Positions 60,499 through 64,000 of a stretch of DNA of 64,000 nucleotides are shown piece after piece. This stretch comes from an uncultured Candidatus Rokubacteria bacterium. Lineage in GTDB: Bacteria; Methylomirabilota; Methylomirabilia; Rokubacteriales; DASRDR01. Under the pieces are notes generated by a model that ran no database searches, had not been told where the DNA came from, and saw only the letters and a program-made list of their open reading frames with translations. Every line of letters begins with the position of its first letter. The first letter of the stretch is position 1. The stretch covers positions 320,001 to 384,000 of the forward strand of contig CAVPSB010000002.1 of assembly GCA_963708025.1 (NCBI GenBank). Direction: 5' to 3'. The position numbers and the translations under genes are program-made.

Positions 60499-61515
60499 AT
60501 GATGAAACACGCGATGCACTTGTGGCTCATCGGTCTGCTCGGCGCCGCCGGCGTCGCCGCGGCGCAGCCCGCCGTCGAGCTCCAGCTCTGTCTCGCCGGA
60601 GCTGCGGACTACTCGCCGGTCTATCCCAGCCAGAGCTTCCCGGCCGGCTCCACCGAGGCGGTGTCGGCCGTCGTCAGGCTCGGGAAGGGTCAGTCGTACC
60701 GGACGCTGGGCGCGACCTGGGTGGCGGTCGACGTCGGCAAGGCGGCTCCGCGCAACCCCGTCATCAGCAAGACGACGATTCCCATGCAGGGCAAGGACCG
60801 CGCCGCGATCCACCTCAAGTCGCGGGCCGGGGCGTTGCCGCCGGGCAAGTATCGGCTCGATGTCACCGCCGACAGCAAGCCCTGGCGCTCCGTCGAGTTC
60901 TCGATCGTGCCCGTGACGGCGCCGGTGGTGAGGCAGCCCGGCGACTTGCTGCCGCTCAAGCCGGGCATGGTCTGGCGGTACGCGTTCGAGCAGCAGTTCG
61001 CCCCGGGCGTGAAGCCGGAGCTTCCTCCCGGCACGAAGCTCGACGCCGACGGCCGCCTGAGAGCGACGCTCACGAAGACGGCGGTCGCCGAGGACAGCAT
61101 GGGGCTGCACATCGAGGCCCGGCGCGGGAAGGACGTGGTCGAAGAGGAGTGGTGGAAGCTGACCGACGCCGGGCTGGTCGTCACCAAGACCAGGAGTGGC
61201 GGTGACGAGGAGACGTTCGACCCCCCCGGCCAGATCTGGCCGTGGCCGCTCGAGACGCCGCGGCGCTGGACCTACAAGCTGCCCGACGGGTCGGTCGGTC
61301 AAGCGTTCCGGATGTGGGGGCCGCTCCCGGTGAAGGGGCCAGCGGGGGAGACACCCGGGTACGTGGTGCTGATGGAGCAGGCGTCGAGTCCGATCGCGGT
61401 CTCCGTGGAGCGACACTACGTCCCCGGCATCGGCATGGTGCGCGAGGTGGCGGTGCAGGCGAGCAACGGGGTGATGTTGACCCGCTGGGAAAGCATCCTG
61501 ACGGCAAAGCCGTAG
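60499..61515 (+). CDS. secreted hypothetical protein
   Basis: Signal peptide; N-domain resembles RDD C-domain; C-term YVPGIGMVRE. Confidence 0.75.
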   Translation: MMKHAMHLWLIGLLGAAGVAAAQPAVELQLCLAGAADYSPVYPSQSFPAGSTEAVSAVVRLGKGQSYRTLGATWVAVDVGKAAPRNPVISKTTIPMQGKDRAAIHLKSRAGALPPGKYRLDVTADSKPWRSVEFSIVPVTAPVVRQPGDLLPLKPGMVWRYAFEQQFAPGVKPELPPGTKLDADGRLRATLTKTAVAEDSMGLHIEARRGKDVVEEEWWKLTDAGLVVTKTRSGGDEETFDPPGQIWPWPLETPRRWTYKLPDGSVGQAFRMWGPLPVKGPAGETPGYVVLMEQASSPIAVSVERHYVPGIGMVREVAVQASNGVMLTRWESILTAKP

Positions 61516-61538
61516 CTCCCCATGCTGACGTAGAGGGT

Positions 61539-61910
61539 GTGCCTTCTACTTACTCCGTCCGTCTCGTCAACGTTGAACTGTCGGCCGGCCTGATCGATGA
61601 TGGCCGGCATGATCACCCTCATCCTCAGAGGCCTCCTCCGCGTGCTCAGAACCCGCCGCGCCCTGGTACTCGAAAACCTGGCGTTGCGGCACCAGCTGGC
61701 CGTCCTCCAGCGCACCGCGCCGCGTCCACGCCTGCGTCACCGCGACCGCCTCTTCTGGGTCTTCCTCTGCCGACTGTGGAGCGGCTGGGCCGACGCCCTC
61801 TCCATCGTCCAACCCGAGACCGTCATCCGGAACGGGCCAGGCCGCCCGGCCGTCGCCCCGGAGGTCCGAGCGCTCATCCTGCGTCGGCTGCTGCGAGACT
61901 ACCTTGCCCA
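61539..61910 (+). mobile_element. internally deleted integrase-core transposase remnant
   Basis: LENLALRHQL..DRLFWV..IVQPETVIR, GRPAV..VRALI, RLLRDY joined by deletions. Confidence 0.75.
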
Positions 61911-61995
61911 CGCACCGAACCGCTCGCTCGTGTACATGCCCGTGGCTCCCCGTACCCCCCATTACCCGACCCGGTCCCCTCCGCCGAGCCTGCAC

Positions 61996-63387
61996 CTACC
62001 TCAACCGCTCCACCAGCTGTCGAAAGACCGGCGAGGCATCGAGCAGCCTCGGGCCGAGCTCGATCAGCCGCGTCACCTGCTCGTCCGTGAGCGAGTAATT
62101 CGTCCCCATGTCGTTGAAGAAGCGCCGCTCCGCATCGTCCGCGATGGCGGCGAAGGTCACCTCCACCGGATAGAACTCGACCGGCGCCAGCTCACCGTCG
62201 GGCAGCCTCGCGCCCGGGCACGCGTCGCGCAAGAGCTGCGCACATTGCTCGAGTGCCTTCGCGTCGCGGTTCCACTCCTTGATGGTGCTCCGGAGCAGCT
62301 CCACCGTCTCGAACGAGTAGTTGCCCATGGGCGCCGTGCTCACCGTCAGCAGCACGTCCACGACACCGGGCGTGTCCTCTCGACGATCGAGGCGTGCCTC
62401 GCCCTCGGTCCTCGCGTTCACCGCGATCACCACGATCCGCTTCACCCGTTTCTGGTTCACCCGCCGGAGCACGCTAAGCTCGCCGTCCAGAGACGACAGC
62501 GCGTGGAGAATGCCGCGCAGGCCGATGTTGTCGGCGATCCCGCCATCCATGAGGTGCAGGTAGGGCCGATTCCCGGCGACGTAGGCACGGAGCTCCAGGG
62601 CGGACCGGTATCGTCGCTGGTTGACCGCAAAGTCCTCGAGCGCTCCGCTCACCCACTCGGGCTCCTGGAAACCGCACGTCCCGGCGTAGCTTCGCAGCGT
62701 GATGGGGCTCAGGAGCACCGGAAATGCCGACGAGGCGGCAACCGCCCGTCCGATGGTGAGCGACTGCAGATCGGAGCAGATCGGGTTCAGCTGCTCCTGC
62801 GTGAACTCGAAGCGCGCCCCGAGGTCCATCTCGCTGGCGCTGACGACGAGGTAAGGCCGGCGACGCCGGCCCGCGAGATCCGCGTACGTCCGACCATCGA
62901 ACAGCTGCCTGTCGTAGTACTCGGCGGCGAGGTCGATCCGGCTGAACCGGGGCGACAGGAGCCGCCACCAGTTGTACGGATTGAGCACCGCCGCCTTCAG
63001 GAGATCCGCCTCCACGTTGCGACGCAGGAAGCGCTCCTCGAAGCGCGGCAGCGCCCCGGCGCCGTTGAGCGCGTAGAATGCGGCCGTGAAGCTGCCCCCG
63101 GAGACGGAGGAGATCACGTCCACCTCGTCGATGAGGGTGCGACGGCCACCGTCGATCGGGGTCCTGGCCAGATGCTGGAGCACGCCGTACGCGAGTGCAG
63201 CGGCACGAGTGCCGCCTCCGGAGAACGAGAGGACGACGAAGGTCTCGTCCTCGTCCGTTTCCGCCGGGATCTCCGAGAAGCGATACCCGTACTGGCGGTC
63301 ATAGCGCGCGAGCTGTTTGTTCACGGGGTAGTGAGCGCATCCCGCCAGCAGGCCGAGAGCCACCAGCGCCACTCCGGCTGGGCGCAT
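61996..63387 (-). CDS. patatin-like phospholipase lipoprotein
   Basis: Lipobox LAGC, SGGGTRA, SVSGGS, DGG. Confidence 0.9.
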   Translation of the reverse strand: MRPAGVALVALGLLAGCAHYPVNKQLARYDRQYGYRFSEIPAETDEDETFVVLSFSGGGTRAAALAYGVLQHLARTPIDGGRRTLIDEVDVISSVSGGSFTAAFYALNGAGALPRFEERFLRRNVEADLLKAAVLNPYNWWRLLSPRFSRIDLAAEYYDRQLFDGRTYADLAGRRRRPYLVVSASEMDLGARFEFTQEQLNPICSDLQSLTIGRAVAASSAFPVLLSPITLRSYAGTCGFQEPEWVSGALEDFAVNQRRYRSALELRAYVAGNRPYLHLMDGGIADNIGLRGILHALSSLDGELSVLRRVNQKRVKRIVVIAVNARTEGEARLDRREDTPGVVDVLLTVSTAPMGNYSFETVELLRSTIKEWNRDAKALEQCAQLLRDACPGARLPDGELAPVEFYPVEVTFAAIADDAERRFFNDMGTNYSLTDEQVTRLIELGPRLLDASPVFRQLVERLR

Positions 63388-63394
63388 GAACGGC

Positions 63395-63607
63395 CTAGGC
63401 TTCATCGAACTCGATCTCCATCGGCTCGATGGACGTCGTACCCGTCACGGTGGGCCGCCGCCACTTCGGCCTGTAGTCGCGCGGGTCGCCCAGATTGATC
63501 GTGTGGGTTCCCTCCTCGACGCGAAGGCGCTCACCCGTCTCGCCGGTCTCCTCCCCGTCGATGAACACATTGCGCTTCCGTCGATACCGCACGACGATGA
63601 ATTCCAT
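63395..63607 (-). CDS. small hypothetical protein (PEGA-like)
   Basis: VFIDG..G.T..V.EGTHTINL; GGAGG SD. Confidence 0.65.
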   Translation of the reverse strand: MEFIVVRYRRKRNVFIDGEETGETGERLRVEEGTHTINLGDPRDYRPKWRRPTVTGTTSIEPMEIEFDEA

Positions 63608-63923
63608 GGCGGCCTCCCATGGGGCTCACTGGAGAAGGCGGGATGCTTCAGCACTCCAGGGACACGAGGATGCCAACGCGACGGGCCCTCTTCGTGGGTC
63701 TCCCAGCTCCCGAACTCCACCGACGAGCGACGCCGCCACTATGTGAACCGTGCTGGGCGAGCAGTCAAGCGTCTATTGTGGTCAGACCGGTCATTCGCAT
63801 CGAGGACGGGCTGGGTTACTCGTGGGCTAGAATACATTTCGGCCTCGGTCGGTTCGAGCTCCGTCACGGAGACCATCGCGGGCTTCGAGGGGCGGCGCCG
63901 CCGAGCAACGAGAGGAGCCCACC

Positions 63924-64000
63924 ATGTCGCGTCCGAACGATGTGCTCTCGTCCCGCATCCTGGCCGGCGCCGCCCTCGCGGTGTGCGCCGCGCTGCTGGT
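63924..64000 (+). CDS. partial exported protein (runs off window)
   Basis: GAGGAG SD, signal-peptide-like start. Confidence 0.55.
   Translation, partial: MSRPNDVLSSRILAGAALAVCAALL

Noticed and set aside
61597-63498. 633-aa plus-strand ORF as an intact transposase
   Set aside because: Only the first ~100 codons are transposase-like; the rest is antisense to the patatin gene

Overview
High-GC bacterial DNA. The gene content loosely suggests Ca. Rokubacteria/Methylomirabilota, but this is an unverified guess. Scattered single-base indels look like long-read consensus errors. The left ~36 kb is a stress/dormancy and carbon-metabolism island: 3 USPs, several CBS proteins, orphan GroEL, an eRF1-like factor-acsA-pdhABC-ACP operon, Lon-like protease plus DksA-like protein, archaeal-type SAM synthetase plus pcm, a DASS transporter, a COG2403 enzyme, a site-2 protease, pfkB, class I fba and ppsA. 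Nearly every transcription unit there has a sigma-54 -24/-12 promoter (11 found by eye). Seven intergenic regions carry a shared, mostly tandem, palindrome TGGGGC-N6-GCCCCA that looks like an activator site. The right half holds chrA, dinB, a peptide-ABC/racemase/D-aminoacylase operon, acdS, a Tat-signal HDAC, arfB, a divergent fae, a hybrid kinase, an RDD pair, a patatin lipoprotein and IS remnants. It also has a DedA-rhodanese gene with an in-frame TGA at a conserved Cys followed by a SECIS-like hairpin, a probable selenoprotein. Small GC-rich repeats sit directly behind stop codons, and one family appears to duplicate TGA on insertion. No rRNA, tRNA or CRISPR array was seen.
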